In this document: positions 1-10,871 of the stretch, piece after piece
Numbering within the stretch: position 1 is the first letter of the stretch
Layout of the letters: each line of letters begins with the position of its first letter
IMG/VR virus record: IMGVR_UViG_3300021255_001218
Location: 1 to 64,000 of that record
Reading direction: 5' to 3' (one strand)
Length of the DNA stretch: 64,000 bases
Source: a virus
Taxonomy: Duplodnaviria > Caudoviricetes
Notes under the pieces: generated by a model
Told to the model about the DNA's origin: nothing
What the model saw: only the letters and a program-made list of their open reading frames with translations
Database searches by the model: none
Position numbers and translations under genes: made by a program

Positions 1-17
1 ATGCATTAGGAGAAAAG

Positions 18-2480
18 ATGAGCAGATTAGATTTCTGTAATATGGCTCCAAAGATAGGATTTTATCAAGAAGATACAGTAAGTGTAATGCCGAAATATAA
101 TATGAACCATCCTGCGTCAGGTATATTTATTACGACAGATGCCTCTGGTAATGAAGTGGCATACTTTATGGCTGATGATGGCGGTTATGCTCGGCAAACC
201 CGTTTCTTCCAAGCTTATCGTACTAAACAAACACAGGTGTTTATTTATAACAATAATGTTTGTACTCCTGGTTTCTGTAATACATTGGGTGTATATATAA
301 CTGGTATATATACACTGGATAACGATTATATTATAGTAAACTGCTCTAATAACAGATGCTATATAGTGGATACTAAGTTTAGTTATGATGTAAGTCAATG
401 GACTACATACAAAGATATTACTAGTATAAGAGATAATTATGGATGGAGTATGATAAGATTCTTTAGAAAATGGGGAACCATAGCATGTTATAGTCATTTA
501 AATTATAATCTTAAAAATAGATATGATAGTAAAGTATTAAGAATATTTAGATATAGTGATTTATCATTGCTTAAGACTTTTAACTTAGAGAATGAAAAGA
601 TGTATGTAGATTTAAATGCTATATATGGTAGTAGTAGAAGATTCTTCCCTGCTAGTAGTCCATATCATAGTATTTATAGAGCACAAGACCTAACTGTAGA
701 CTGGACTTATTATCATTGGGGTAGCTATGGTATGCTTATGTTACCAGAACGTGGTATATTATGCTATGACCACGGTAGCTGGTTAATGGGCAACATTACA
801 TATGAACCAGGAAGTGATTTTAGTAGTTGGTCTTCTACATCAGTACAGGTAAGATATAATATACCTGAATCTTATTACTATAATAATACTAATAATAACG
901 GTGCTAATATTAATATAGCTGAAATTCGTATAGGCCAAGGTGCTCCTGGCCATGCAGCTGGTACTAATAATTCTTACGATTCATTTAAAGGAAATTATTA
1001 TCGTGGTCAGATAGATGATAACTACATCAATAATGGTGTGCATCAAAGAAAATTTCCAATGGCTAGTCAGAGTACAGCTACTGGTTGCTTTGGCTATAAC
1101 GACCAGGATAGTAAAGGTGTATGGAGAAATCTTACTGCAGCTGACGCATCTAACTGGGGTAAGTTTGTATTCCCATTCTATGTAGTATGGGATCATGTAA
1201 TAATGAATTCCCAGAATAAACAAGGTAATCATCTTACTTATTTCCAAGAATGTAGATTAATAGCTGGTCAGGAAAATAACCATTACTTTGAACCCAAACC
1301 TGGTAAGTATTTTGAGATTTCTTTTGGCGATTTTAATCCTACTATGCTTAGATCAGATCCTAGTGGTTTAGTTTTTTGTAGGCAAACTAATAATCAGTTA
1401 TTGATAGTCTATTCTTATTATGATTCTGCTAATAAACGTTTAGTAGCTGAGCAAGTAAATCAGGTTACTACTTCAAACTCGTTTACTTCTAATAGATCAA
1501 CTTATCGTACACTGAATTTCGATTTAAATATTAAGATTCCTACTTCTCATAGTGGATATAATATTTCTTATGGAGCAGTTTTCCACAATCCTTTAGGAAA
1601 TTATTGGATAATTTGTTGTACTACTAGAACTAATGGTACTTATAATAGATACCCAGTAATATTCTTTGTAAATTCTGCAGGTACTGTTACTACATTTAAT
1701 AACTGCTTTACTAAATTCGCTTCCAATGCACATAGTGATACTAAAACTGCTCGTGCAAATGGTGGTATAGATGAATCTAACTGGACTTTTAAAACTATGA
1801 ATTGTGTTTCTGCAACTTATAATGTATTAGGTATTTATGCTAACTACACTTCTACTGACCAACATTGGGTAGGTTACTTTACAGTAGAATTTAATTCTTC
1901 TTATAATAACTTTACTTCTAGAAATGTACCTCGTAATACTTCATATGTGTGGTCGTTCTCTAATGGGTGGTTTGCACAGCAGTTATATTATAGTGGTCCA
2001 GCATTAGGATTTATTCATGGTGATAATCAAGGATATTCTCAGATTATAAGGTCTTTTGCATCTCAGAAACCTTTCTTAGCATTTTCTGGTTCAGCTACTT
2101 ATTCTGATGATGATTTTATAATTAATAATAGGGAAAATCGCTATTATTTCTGGTGCAGATCTTCTACAGGCTTACGTTGTTTCGTACCGGCTATTGATAT
2201 ATTCTTAGGTGGTTATTATTCTGAAATGCTTGAAGCTGTAGAAGTACCATTAGTTGGTAATGCTACTAACTATATTTATATGGAAAGGCCTAAAGATTCT
2301 CGTGATAAGATTAATTGCTTCGCTGATACTACTCAGATGATTCCTGTTGGTTCTCGTCAGTTCTCTCGTATCTTAGTAGCTAAAATAGTTACAGATGATG
2401 AAGGACCAACTGATATTACCTATTATCACGTTAATACAGGATATAATGATTATATGTTCCACTATGGTCAGCATTATTAA
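18..2480 (+). CDS. putative tail fibre / receptor-binding virion protein
   Basis: 820 aa, N/Y/G/S/T-rich beta-type composition, adjacent to the structural cluster; RBS AGGAG upstream. Confidence 0.45.
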   Translation: MSRLDFCNMAPKIGFYQEDTVSVMPKYNMNHPASGIFITTDASGNEVAYFMADDGGYARQTRFFQAYRTKQTQVFIYNNNVCTPGFCNTLGVYITGIYTLDNDYIIVNCSNNRCYIVDTKFSYDVSQWTTYKDITSIRDNYGWSMIRFFRKWGTIACYSHLNYNLKNRYDSKVLRIFRYSDLSLLKTFNLENEKMYVDLNAIYGSSRRFFPASSPYHSIYRAQDLTVDWTYYHWGSYGMLMLPERGILCYDHGSWLMGNITYEPGSDFSSWSSTSVQVRYNIPESYYYNNTNNNGANINIAEIRIGQGAPGHAAGTNNSYDSFKGNYYRGQIDDNYINNGVHQRKFPMASQSTATGCFGYNDQDSKGVWRNLTAADASNWGKFVFPFYVVWDHVIMNSQNKQGNHLTYFQECRLIAGQENNHYFEPKPGKYFEISFGDFNPTMLRSDPSGLVFCRQTNNQLLIVYSYYDSANKRLVAEQVNQVTTSNSFTSNRSTYRTLNFDLNIKIPTSHSGYNISYGAVFHNPLGNYWIICCTTRTNGTYNRYPVIFFVNSAGTVTTFNNCFTKFASNAHSDTKTARANGGIDESNWTFKTMNCVSATYNVLGIYANYTSTDQHWVGYFTVEFNSSYNNFTSRNVPRNTSYVWSFSNGWFAQQLYYSGPALGFIHGDNQGYSQIIRSFASQKPFLAFSGSATYSDDDFIINNRENRYYFWCRSSTGLRCFVPAIDIFLGGYYSEMLEAVEVPLVGNATNYIYMERPKDSRDKINCFADTTQMIPVGSRQFSRILVAKIVTDDEGPTDITYYHVNTGYNDYMFHYGQHY

Positions 2481-2498
2481 TACTATATACAAAATATT

Positions 2499-2524
2499 AG
2501 GAGAACCCATAATAGGGTTCTCCT
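2499..2524. terminator. bidirectional hairpin between convergent genes
   Basis: AGGAGAACCC-ataata-GGGTTCTCCT. Confidence 0.75.
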
Positions 2525-2534
2525 TTATTATTTG

Positions 2535-3791
2535 TTAATATTGTCTATGACTAGCAGTGAGATTATTTCTTTCTTCTTTATTCCAATACTCAAAAAAGCT
2601 AGCAGCTCTTTTATCATCGGAATTATTCTCGAATCTATACTTATATTTCTCATCACTCTTATATCCAGGAGGATTTACATAATCCCTATGTCTCTGGATT
2701 TCTATCTGATCCATTACTATATCTATATTGGATTTATCTTGTGTATAAAATCCAGGAGCACCATATATCTTATGGTCTATATGCTTAGAACTCTCCTCCT
2801 CTTCTTGTTTAGTTACAATCTCAGATTCAGGATGAGTATTATGTATAGATCTATGTACTACATCGAAAGACTCTCTGTGTAAACAGTCAGTACAAAATGC
2901 TATTTCATCAAACTCTATTTGAGGTCCTTCTTGCATTATAAATGTACTATCGGCTATATCATCATAGTTCCCTATCTTTAATCCACTAAAAGTGTAATCA
3001 AAATTTCCTGTATAATATTGATCATAATATAACACTCCATCTATAAAGATTCTTAATCTATTATCTGTATCCATACACATCATGAAGTTTATAAAATAAT
3101 CTCCACTATATGTATCGTAATCGTACAGTATATCAAACTCTAATTGATAGTATCTGAAATGTATAACTCTCTTTAGTTTAGTATTATTACTAGACGGTTT
3201 CCAGAATAATTTAATCTCACCATTTTTCCACCATACACCATAGATTTGTTTATCATACTTCAATGCTTCTATAAGATAATGCCTTTCTATCTTATAGAAG
3301 AAAGAGAATGTAAACATCTTGTTTTCAGATACATCTATATCTCTCTTAGAATAGATATAAGTATAAGGATATTTAAACTTTAAGCTTCTATATCCTAATT
3401 TAGCAAGATTAGTTATAGCCGATGGGTTAGTAGTATCAAATACAGTAGAGTATGGAGAATAACCATAAGTATCATTATTGTTTACAAATCCCCAAGGATT
3501 ATCTATCCTTTCTATATCATTAAAGCAATGGTTAGCATCCCATTCTTTAAAATAGAGTGTAGATACAAAGTCTCTAGCTAATATATCTTTACTAGGGTCT
3601 ATAGAAGGATCTACACTCTTATTACTATTCCCCCAAGTAGCAGGATTTTCTTTACTATTCAAATCATATCCAGTATCACTATTAGAGTTATAATTAGTTG
3701 ATATAGGAATAGCGTTTTTAACATTAGTATTCATTGCACTTCCACTAGGATATGGTTGTGGAGATTCATAACGTAAAGTAGGTGTAGGCAT
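2535..3791 (-). CDS. virion structural protein with LamG/concanavalin-like domain
   Basis: FTFSFFYK...RLRIFIDG...FDEIAF pattern typical of LamG-like folds; last gene of the minus-strand structural run. Confidence 0.5.
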   Translation of the reverse strand: MPTPTLRYESPQPYPSGSAMNTNVKNAIPISTNYNSNSDTGYDLNSKENPATWGNSNKSVDPSIDPSKDILARDFVSTLYFKEWDANHCFNDIERIDNPWGFVNNNDTYGYSPYSTVFDTTNPSAITNLAKLGYRSLKFKYPYTYIYSKRDIDVSENKMFTFSFFYKIERHYLIEALKYDKQIYGVWWKNGEIKLFWKPSSNNTKLKRVIHFRYYQLEFDILYDYDTYSGDYFINFMMCMDTDNRLRIFIDGVLYYDQYYTGNFDYTFSGLKIGNYDDIADSTFIMQEGPQIEFDEIAFCTDCLHRESFDVVHRSIHNTHPESEIVTKQEEEESSKHIDHKIYGAPGFYTQDKSNIDIVMDQIEIQRHRDYVNPPGYKSDEKYKYRFENNSDDKRAASFFEYWNKEERNNLTASHRQY

Positions 3792-3793
3792 GA

Positions 3794-4342
3794 TTAATCA
3801 CTCCATTTTCCGAGATTTATAGACATCTGCAGAGTCTGAGTATAATCATGTATACCATTATTTTCATTAACACCATTTTGAGTAAGATAATATACTGTAG
3901 TCTTTCCATATGTAGCAACCTGTTTATTAGGAAAGTTAGATGGTAACCAACTATCACCTTCTGCTATACGTTTGATAGTTTCATGTGTATAATGATAGTA
4001 TTCAGGATGCCATGCTAATTTACCATTCTGATTATTAGGTGCATCAGGTGGGATATAATATCCTTCACTATAATCTACTTTACCAGTAGAGCCTTTAAGC
4101 AATATCTTATACGGAAGATTGTAAGTAGATACCCAATCTTGAATCTCATTAAACTGCAAAGCACAATCATGAAGATAAGATTGAGTATTATTATTTATTA
4201 TATCCGGCCATACTATAACTTTAGTATCTGGATTATTATTGTTATAATGAGGCTGTACGTCTGGATATACAGCCGTTAAATCAGTTACATCACCAGGGAA
4301 ACTAATAGTTCCATCAGCATTGAATGTGGGAAATCCAGCCAT
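3794..4342 (-). CDS. hypothetical virion protein
   Basis: 182-aa ORF tightly packed in the structural operon. Confidence 0.5.
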   Translation of the reverse strand: MAGFPTFNADGTISFPGDVTDLTAVYPDVQPHYNNNNPDTKVIVWPDIINNNTQSYLHDCALQFNEIQDWVSTYNLPYKILLKGSTGKVDYSEGYYIPPDAPNNQNGKLAWHPEYYHYTHETIKRIAEGDSWLPSNFPNKQVATYGKTTVYYLTQNGVNENNGIHDYTQTLQMSINLGKWSD

Positions 4343-4344
4343 GA

Positions 4345-7300
4345 TTAATCATCCTCCTCATCATCTACATCCCATTCTGTAGGTATACTTTCAGAGTTAG
4401 TAGGTTGAATATCCATATGCTGAGTCCATTGTACTATACCAGTACCATCACGTTCTGTACTAACAACCCATTCAAATATACCTACCTTATCTGCACCAGC
4501 ATCAAATTTATTTGCTTGTAATTCATAATACAATACGCATTCTTCATTCTCTTTAGATCTTATACCACTTATATTAAATCTTCCTAATATACCATCTATA
4601 GCTAATTTCTGATGGTGTACATCACCAGTTATAACTTTAGTAAGATTCTCTATTCTCATAGTAGAATAACAATAGTCTTTATCTATCTGAGTAATAGTTA
4701 CAGGAAGTTTTACTAATAAGAAAGAAGAATCAGATTGTTTAGTAAGATTATCATGACTACTAGAAACTCGTAACTCTATAGTTACATCTACAGATTCTGG
4801 ATAATCAATATAATCATCTCTAAAGAATTGTAAGGTATAATTAACGTCTTTATCACTCTCAGGAGTATGTGTATGACTTCTATGGATAAGACTAATCCAC
4901 CATTCTGGATGGTCTAATATACTAGGATCGAATATAATAGGATTAAGTAATGGAGTTATATGCTTCCTATTATAAGGAGTAAGATTAGGAACCAATATAG
5001 TACCACTAAAGTCTCTAGATACTATCTGTTTAGGTACGTCTTCTTCTGTATTAGCTCTCTTATAAAATGGAACTATACTATCTATTCTAGGACTCATATT
5101 CCTTACTTCAAGATTATATCTTTCTCCTACATCTCTATTGAATTTGTAGATGTTGTTAGTCATCTTAGTGATATCTTTTCTTGGTACTAATTTACCATTT
5201 AAGAATACTGCCATGAGATTATTATTGTAATTCCTATCTATATCATGACGCTTAAGATAGATATATCCAGATTCTGGTAAATTCTGTATAGCATGATTCT
5301 TTCTTACACCAGTAAAGAAGATTACTATATCTATATACTGATTATTCTCCATTACTATATTTTCAGTATCCAATATATACAAGATACCATTATTATAATC
5401 AAATCTTGCTTGATTCTTTTCTAATTCATATCCTTTATAAAAGCATATAGATCTCATATTGAGATTAAGAAATGCATTATAAGGACTCATATCTAATTGA
5501 TACTCATTTACTCCTGCAGAAGTCTTTATAGAATATTCTACTTTATTTATATAACGCTTATTAGCATTATGCATAAAAGTAAATCTAAGCTTACTATTTG
5601 GTCTTAGATTATCATCTAGTATATACAATGTATTAGGATCAGTTCTATACCAATTTCTTTCTGGTATAAGAATCTTCTTATCTTCTAATGTAATAAAGAA
5701 TTGTGTATCAGTAAATTTAGTATAAGGGAATGGTATAGTTACTCTATATCCATCATCTGGTAATTGCTCTACATCTGCATATCTTTCTTCAAATTGAGTA
5801 TAATCATTATCCTCTTTCATATCCTGTATAATATCCTTATATGGGTCATCATCAGGATTAGTATAAGCTGCTAGATATATACCAGTAAAGTTGCCAGGGG
5901 GTATTTCATTATCTGCATAACCACCAGTAGGAATAGTAGTATTAAGATAAATCTTATTATTTATTATCCTATATCTAGTAGGCTCTAGATATACACCTCT
6001 AAAGAATAATAAGAGATTAGATGCATTAAACTCCATATCATCATATAAATATGGAGGTATAGGAGTAGGATTAGGAGATTTAGCAGGAAACTCCATCTTT
6101 CTAAATATAGTCTCTTTTTGTATACGAGTACGAGCAGGTTTTAAGAATACGAAATAAACAGTTCTACCATAATTTACATAATCATTATAATGAGTTATTT
6201 CTATCTTATGTGTAGTATTGTTTATCTCATACATATCATCTCTATCATACAGTATACTACCAACGAATAATAAGAAAGATAAGTATTTCTTATTTACTAC
6301 TGGTATATCGAAATACTTTTGATTATATTCTGTAGCTTTTACAGGTATAACTAAGTATTCTACATCTCCATATTTTCTATTAAACTTACTAGTTTCATTA
6401 AAGATATTCATTACATAACGATTCCAACCACATCTCATTTTATCTTCAGGATATTTAAATCGTATTGTATTATTATCTATAAGATCATATCTTTCTGGGT
6501 CTATCCATGTAGTACCACCAAATAAGATAAAAGACTTTTTAGTTAAATCAAACTCTTCATATAAAGGTTCAAATCTTACTATACCATCACCACTATAAGC
6601 AGTAGGATTCCATATAGAATATAATTGGTCAAATCTTATAGTATTCTTTCCATCATCTACTTCAAAATCTGGTTCTATATATGGGAAAGTAAATACTAAC
6701 CAATTCTTACCATTCTCTAATAATTTATGTGGGTCTAATAGAGTTATAAATCTTCCATCTTCACTTATATCATAATCATATCTATTATCCAAATACTCTC
6801 CTTTATCATTGAATACAAAGAAAGAGTTTTGAGATCTTGGATATGTGCTATTAGGATAGGGAATCTGTATTATAGTCTCATTATCCATACGAGCAATATA
6901 TTTATATGAGTTAAGATGAACGTCTCTTACTATAGGAACGTTATCTGTAAGATTATCGTCACATTCTATATAGAATACATCTAATATATCTCCAGCTTTA
7001 AGAGTTCTTGTAATATACAATATCTTTTTAAGATAAGTATTATCCAGTTTAGGTATAACAAAGTTACATAAAGCTGGGTTTACTAAATACCCATTAAGAT
7101 ATATCATAAATTTATCAGGATTCCAAGCTGTTTTAAAGTATTCATCAAATGCAAATTTATTACTATCACTTGGTACTGTATACTGTTTATATAAAAACTG
7201 ACGCTTAGATCCTATAAAGATACTTGCACCAGCTATGATATCATCATTCTCTATTCTTACTTCTCCATCTTTAGTCATATAAAAATCTATAGGATAATAA

Positions 7301-7443
7301 CTGTAATCAGTGACTTTAGCAAATATTTGTATATCTTCTGGATGTAATCCTATAAGATCATTCTTAATTTTATTATTTATTTCAGTTTCCAAATCATAAG
7401 CATCTATAACACTAAGTATTGATCTTGTAGTATATTGTGACAT
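4345..7443 (-). CDS. large baseplate/tail-associated virion protein with repeated beta-sandwich modules
   Basis: repeated [F/Y]xxGxxxxPxxYxI modules (YLNGYLVNP, FGGTTWIDPERY, FRGVYLEPTRY, FLNGKLVP). Confidence 0.55.
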   Translation of the reverse strand: MSQYTTRSILSVIDAYDLETEINNKIKNDLIGLHPEDIQIFAKVTDYSYYPIDFYMTKDGEVRIENDDIIAGASIFIGSKRQFLYKQYTVPSDSNKFAFDEYFKTAWNPDKFMIYLNGYLVNPALCNFVIPKLDNTYLKKILYITRTLKAGDILDVFYIECDDNLTDNVPIVRDVHLNSYKYIARMDNETIIQIPYPNSTYPRSQNSFFVFNDKGEYLDNRYDYDISEDGRFITLLDPHKLLENGKNWLVFTFPYIEPDFEVDDGKNTIRFDQLYSIWNPTAYSGDGIVRFEPLYEEFDLTKKSFILFGGTTWIDPERYDLIDNNTIRFKYPEDKMRCGWNRYVMNIFNETSKFNRKYGDVEYLVIPVKATEYNQKYFDIPVVNKKYLSFLLFVGSILYDRDDMYEINNTTHKIEITHYNDYVNYGRTVYFVFLKPARTRIQKETIFRKMEFPAKSPNPTPIPPYLYDDMEFNASNLLLFFRGVYLEPTRYRIINNKIYLNTTIPTGGYADNEIPPGNFTGIYLAAYTNPDDDPYKDIIQDMKEDNDYTQFEERYADVEQLPDDGYRVTIPFPYTKFTDTQFFITLEDKKILIPERNWYRTDPNTLYILDDNLRPNSKLRFTFMHNANKRYINKVEYSIKTSAGVNEYQLDMSPYNAFLNLNMRSICFYKGYELEKNQARFDYNNGILYILDTENIVMENNQYIDIVIFFTGVRKNHAIQNLPESGYIYLKRHDIDRNYNNNLMAVFLNGKLVPRKDITKMTNNIYKFNRDVGERYNLEVRNMSPRIDSIVPFYKRANTEEDVPKQIVSRDFSGTILVPNLTPYNRKHITPLLNPIIFDPSILDHPEWWISLIHRSHTHTPESDKDVNYTLQFFRDDYIDYPESVDVTIELRVSSSHDNLTKQSDSSFLLVKLPVTITQIDKDYCYSTMRIENLTKVITGDVHHQKLAIDGILGRFNISGIRSKENEECVLYYELQANKFDAGADKVGIFEWVVSTERDGTGIVQWTQHMDIQPTNSESIPTEWDVDDEEDD

Positions 7444-7474
7444 TAATCACACCTCTTTTGTGTTATAAAATAAT

Positions 7475-7500
7475 AGGGTATACCTGAAAAGGTATACCCT
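7475..7500. terminator. hairpin/terminator
   Basis: AGGGTATACCT-gaaa-AGGTATACCCT. Confidence 0.65.
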
Positions 7501-7508
7501 TTAATATA

Positions 7509-10500
7509 TTACCAATCGTCGACTTCAACCGTACAAGTAAATTCAAATCCAACAGGCCCAGGTACTTCCATATGACCAGTGAATTCATAAATCATATTAA
7601 ATCTACTCAAATCAACCACTACTCCGTTAGGTACGTCTTCTACCTCAACCTTACCTGGGAATACGTCTTTATTAAGCAGCGCAGATACATGTACTCTTCC
7701 TTTGAATGTATCGAAGAATATAGGATCTATATGAATTCTTAATGGTTCTTCTACGTATACCTGACCTATAAAACTATAAGACCTATTACACATTGCTACA
7801 TTTACTTTATTAACTGTAGTAGGTACATTAGTAGGCCAGAAGTAATTTAATACTGTACCAGCTACTACTCTACCATCAAAACAAGCATTAATCTCTTTTA
7901 CTTTAGTAGCTTTACTTTGTACAGGCATTAAGAAGTTTACCATTTTATGTGCATGTAATGACTCTACTAATGCACCTGATGGTAATTTAGTAGGCATATT
8001 GATATAGGTAGCATTATTAGTATAAGTAGTATTCTTATACCAAGATGCTAGTTTACCATCTTGGAATACCAAAGGATACGTTCTATACCAATTATTACCA
8101 CTATAATTATCCCTTTCCAATCTATATCTATACATACCACCAACATTATAACTCATATTATTTATAGTAGCAGTATTATAAGTTCTTCTAGTAGCTGTAG
8201 TATTAGATTCATATACACTATCTAAAAGAGATTGGTTGTATGTAACTACATGATCAAGCATTCTAGCAAGATTAGCACCATAAGTATGACTGGTTCTATA
8301 ATGCTCATCAAAATCTGCCATTAGAGTATCGAATTTACTATCTAACTCATTAAACTCTTTATAAAGTTTAATGTAATTCTTTAAGAAGTTAGTATTATCA
8401 GGTCTTATAGCATTAGCAAAGTTCTCTAAGCTATATACAGGGCTATATACACAAGTTAAGAATCTTACAAATCTATGTACAGGGTCAGAAGTCTTAAGAT
8501 GCTTAATAATATTAAGATTATAAATCTTACCTATCAAATCTGGTATATACTCACCATTCTGGTCAAAGCATATAAGATTATCCAAAGTAATCTTCATATT
8601 CTTAGGTATATTAAGATCATATAAGATAAATCTACTACCCTGTAGTATTTGTTCTTTAATAACTTTATCTCTTACTGATATAGGATCAGCAAAAGCATCT
8701 ACTATACGTAATACTACAAATGTAAGCATTCTCTTAGGATGACCTAAATTCATAGTACCACTATCATTAGGATCTAAGAAGATAAATAATTTATGCTTTT
8801 CATCTATAGTGTATCTATTTGGATTTACAAACAATCCATTTTGGAATACTAATACATTGCTATGAGTACAATGTATATTTTTTAATAATCCTGGTAATTC
8901 TACACCAAAATGATCATTATATTTGAAAGAAGGGTCATCAAGTATTTCGATATTATATATCGGAGCAAATGTTGTATACATGTAAGGTTTTACATGTAAT
9001 CTACCACTAGCATTCTGATGATTAAGTTTTACAAATACGAAACAAATATGACGTCCTTTAGATACATAATCTGTATCCCTTAAGAATCTTACAGTCATAT
9101 TCTCATAATCTATTTCGTATCTATCTTGATCACCCATAAATACTCCACCACGGAATATTAAGAAATCTCTAAATGGATGGCCATCATCATCTAATACTTC
9201 TGGTATATTGAATACATACTGATGCTCTAATGTAGCTTCTACTTCTACATAACGTATCTTAGTATAGTCAGCAAATAACCAATCTGGTGTAGGTTCTGCT
9301 ATAACTTGTAAAGTTACATTACGAGAAGTATTTACATTGAGATCTTTATAGTCATAGAAATATATTAAGTCATAACCTATGACTTTATATTTAGATGGGT
9401 CTACTACAGTAGAACCAAGATACATTACAACTTTATCTGTAGGATCTATCCAACCATGATCCCATGCCATAAAGTACATAAATGCACCTACACCATCATT
9501 AGCTATACGAATTAGTTCTAATTTACCATGTCTCCATACAAAACGCATCATATCTTTCTCTTCAAGAATATTATCTGTATTAGGAGATGTATTCCCTTTA
9601 TTAATAGAAGCAATCAAATTATTCAGGTTTACTTCTCTATCTAATTCTTCTTGAGGTATATAGTCTTCTCGACTACCAATAGATTTTATTTTATTCCCAA
9701 TTCTATTAGAATCTATATAGTAGAAACTAATACCACCACCTGGACTGAATTTACCATTCTCATCGAAACTATATAATGGAAGCATATCGGGTCTTTCACC
9801 ATAGTCTTCTTCATATATAACTGGGAATGGTAATATTACAATCTCAAATGATTTTACTGGATCATTAAAATAAGGATCTCTATCAGTAAATACGAATGTA
9901 TAGAAGTTATCAGATTTTATTATCTTAATCTTAGATACCTTTACAAAGCATCTATTAAGAAAACACATAAAGGGAAGAATCTTCTGATTTTCTATTCCTT
10001 TAAGAGCATTGATTTCTAAGAATCTATCATTTACTGTAAAGAATGGGTTATCTACATTGGTTACATGAACTATTGTATAGTCTCTACTCCTAGTAGTATG
10101 ATAAGTGAATTTCTCATCTTTAAAATAAGTATCATCTTCATACCAAGTAATAGCTAATCGTCTAGGTAACCAACCCTTCTGGAATTCATTTAATTGATAA
10201 GTAGAGTGTTGCTCTAATCTATCTAACTTATGTTTTACATCATCTTCTAGATTATCTACATTAGCTGGATCATTTTCATAATAATTGGTTACTATATCTG
10301 CATTCCAGAAATATTCTGTAGGAGCTATATGATGTGACTCATATACACAACCTTGAGTTATATTGAAATCATCTAATGAACCACCTTGGAATGTAATTAC
10401 AGTATTACCATAATTCTGGTAACCTAAAAACATTTCATCTCCAAATTCAAATCCATTAGTAGCTACATCATACTTAGCACTACAGTAACCATCAATAAAT

Positions 10501-10865
10501 ATTCTTAACCATTTATCTTTTCTGGTTATACAACAAGTATGCCATTTACCATTAAAAGTATAGCTAACGTCTCTAGAAAAGAATGTATTATCATCATCTG
10601 CTGATATAGAGAAGAATTTACTATCTTGGATAATAAGAAATGGTTTAGTAGTTCTATCAGCTACATCTCTAGGCCATCTTTGCCTATAAGAGATGATAGG
10701 AGCAAAATCTCCAGTCTTATCCAAATTTTCTTTATCTACTTTATACTTAAAGTAAATAGTCCATTCCATACTTAGTCTAAATAAGTAATATAAAAGATAA
10801 CCATTCGTATCAAGATAATACAAACCAGCATTATCATTCTCAGGTTCAAAATATACCGAATTCAC
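7509..10865 (-). CDS. large virion protein, N-terminal LamG-like domain plus repeated beta modules
   Basis: WHTCCITRKDKWLRIFIDG...GSLDDFNIT; modules similar to 4345..7443. Confidence 0.55.
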   Translation of the reverse strand: MNSVYFEPENDNAGLYYLDTNGYLLYYLFRLSMEWTIYFKYKVDKENLDKTGDFAPIISYRQRWPRDVADRTTKPFLIIQDSKFFSISADDDNTFFSRDVSYTFNGKWHTCCITRKDKWLRIFIDGYCSAKYDVATNGFEFGDEMFLGYQNYGNTVITFQGGSLDDFNITQGCVYESHHIAPTEYFWNADIVTNYYENDPANVDNLEDDVKHKLDRLEQHSTYQLNEFQKGWLPRRLAITWYEDDTYFKDEKFTYHTTRSRDYTIVHVTNVDNPFFTVNDRFLEINALKGIENQKILPFMCFLNRCFVKVSKIKIIKSDNFYTFVFTDRDPYFNDPVKSFEIVILPFPVIYEEDYGERPDMLPLYSFDENGKFSPGGGISFYYIDSNRIGNKIKSIGSREDYIPQEELDREVNLNNLIASINKGNTSPNTDNILEEKDMMRFVWRHGKLELIRIANDGVGAFMYFMAWDHGWIDPTDKVVMYLGSTVVDPSKYKVIGYDLIYFYDYKDLNVNTSRNVTLQVIAEPTPDWLFADYTKIRYVEVEATLEHQYVFNIPEVLDDDGHPFRDFLIFRGGVFMGDQDRYEIDYENMTVRFLRDTDYVSKGRHICFVFVKLNHQNASGRLHVKPYMYTTFAPIYNIEILDDPSFKYNDHFGVELPGLLKNIHCTHSNVLVFQNGLFVNPNRYTIDEKHKLFIFLDPNDSGTMNLGHPKRMLTFVVLRIVDAFADPISVRDKVIKEQILQGSRFILYDLNIPKNMKITLDNLICFDQNGEYIPDLIGKIYNLNIIKHLKTSDPVHRFVRFLTCVYSPVYSLENFANAIRPDNTNFLKNYIKLYKEFNELDSKFDTLMADFDEHYRTSHTYGANLARMLDHVVTYNQSLLDSVYESNTTATRRTYNTATINNMSYNVGGMYRYRLERDNYSGNNWYRTYPLVFQDGKLASWYKNTTYTNNATYINMPTKLPSGALVESLHAHKMVNFLMPVQSKATKVKEINACFDGRVVAGTVLNYFWPTNVPTTVNKVNVAMCNRSYSFIGQVYVEEPLRIHIDPIFFDTFKGRVHVSALLNKDVFPGKVEVEDVPNGVVVDLSRFNMIYEFTGHMEVPGPVGFEFTCTVEVDDW

Positions 10866-10871
10866 TCCTAA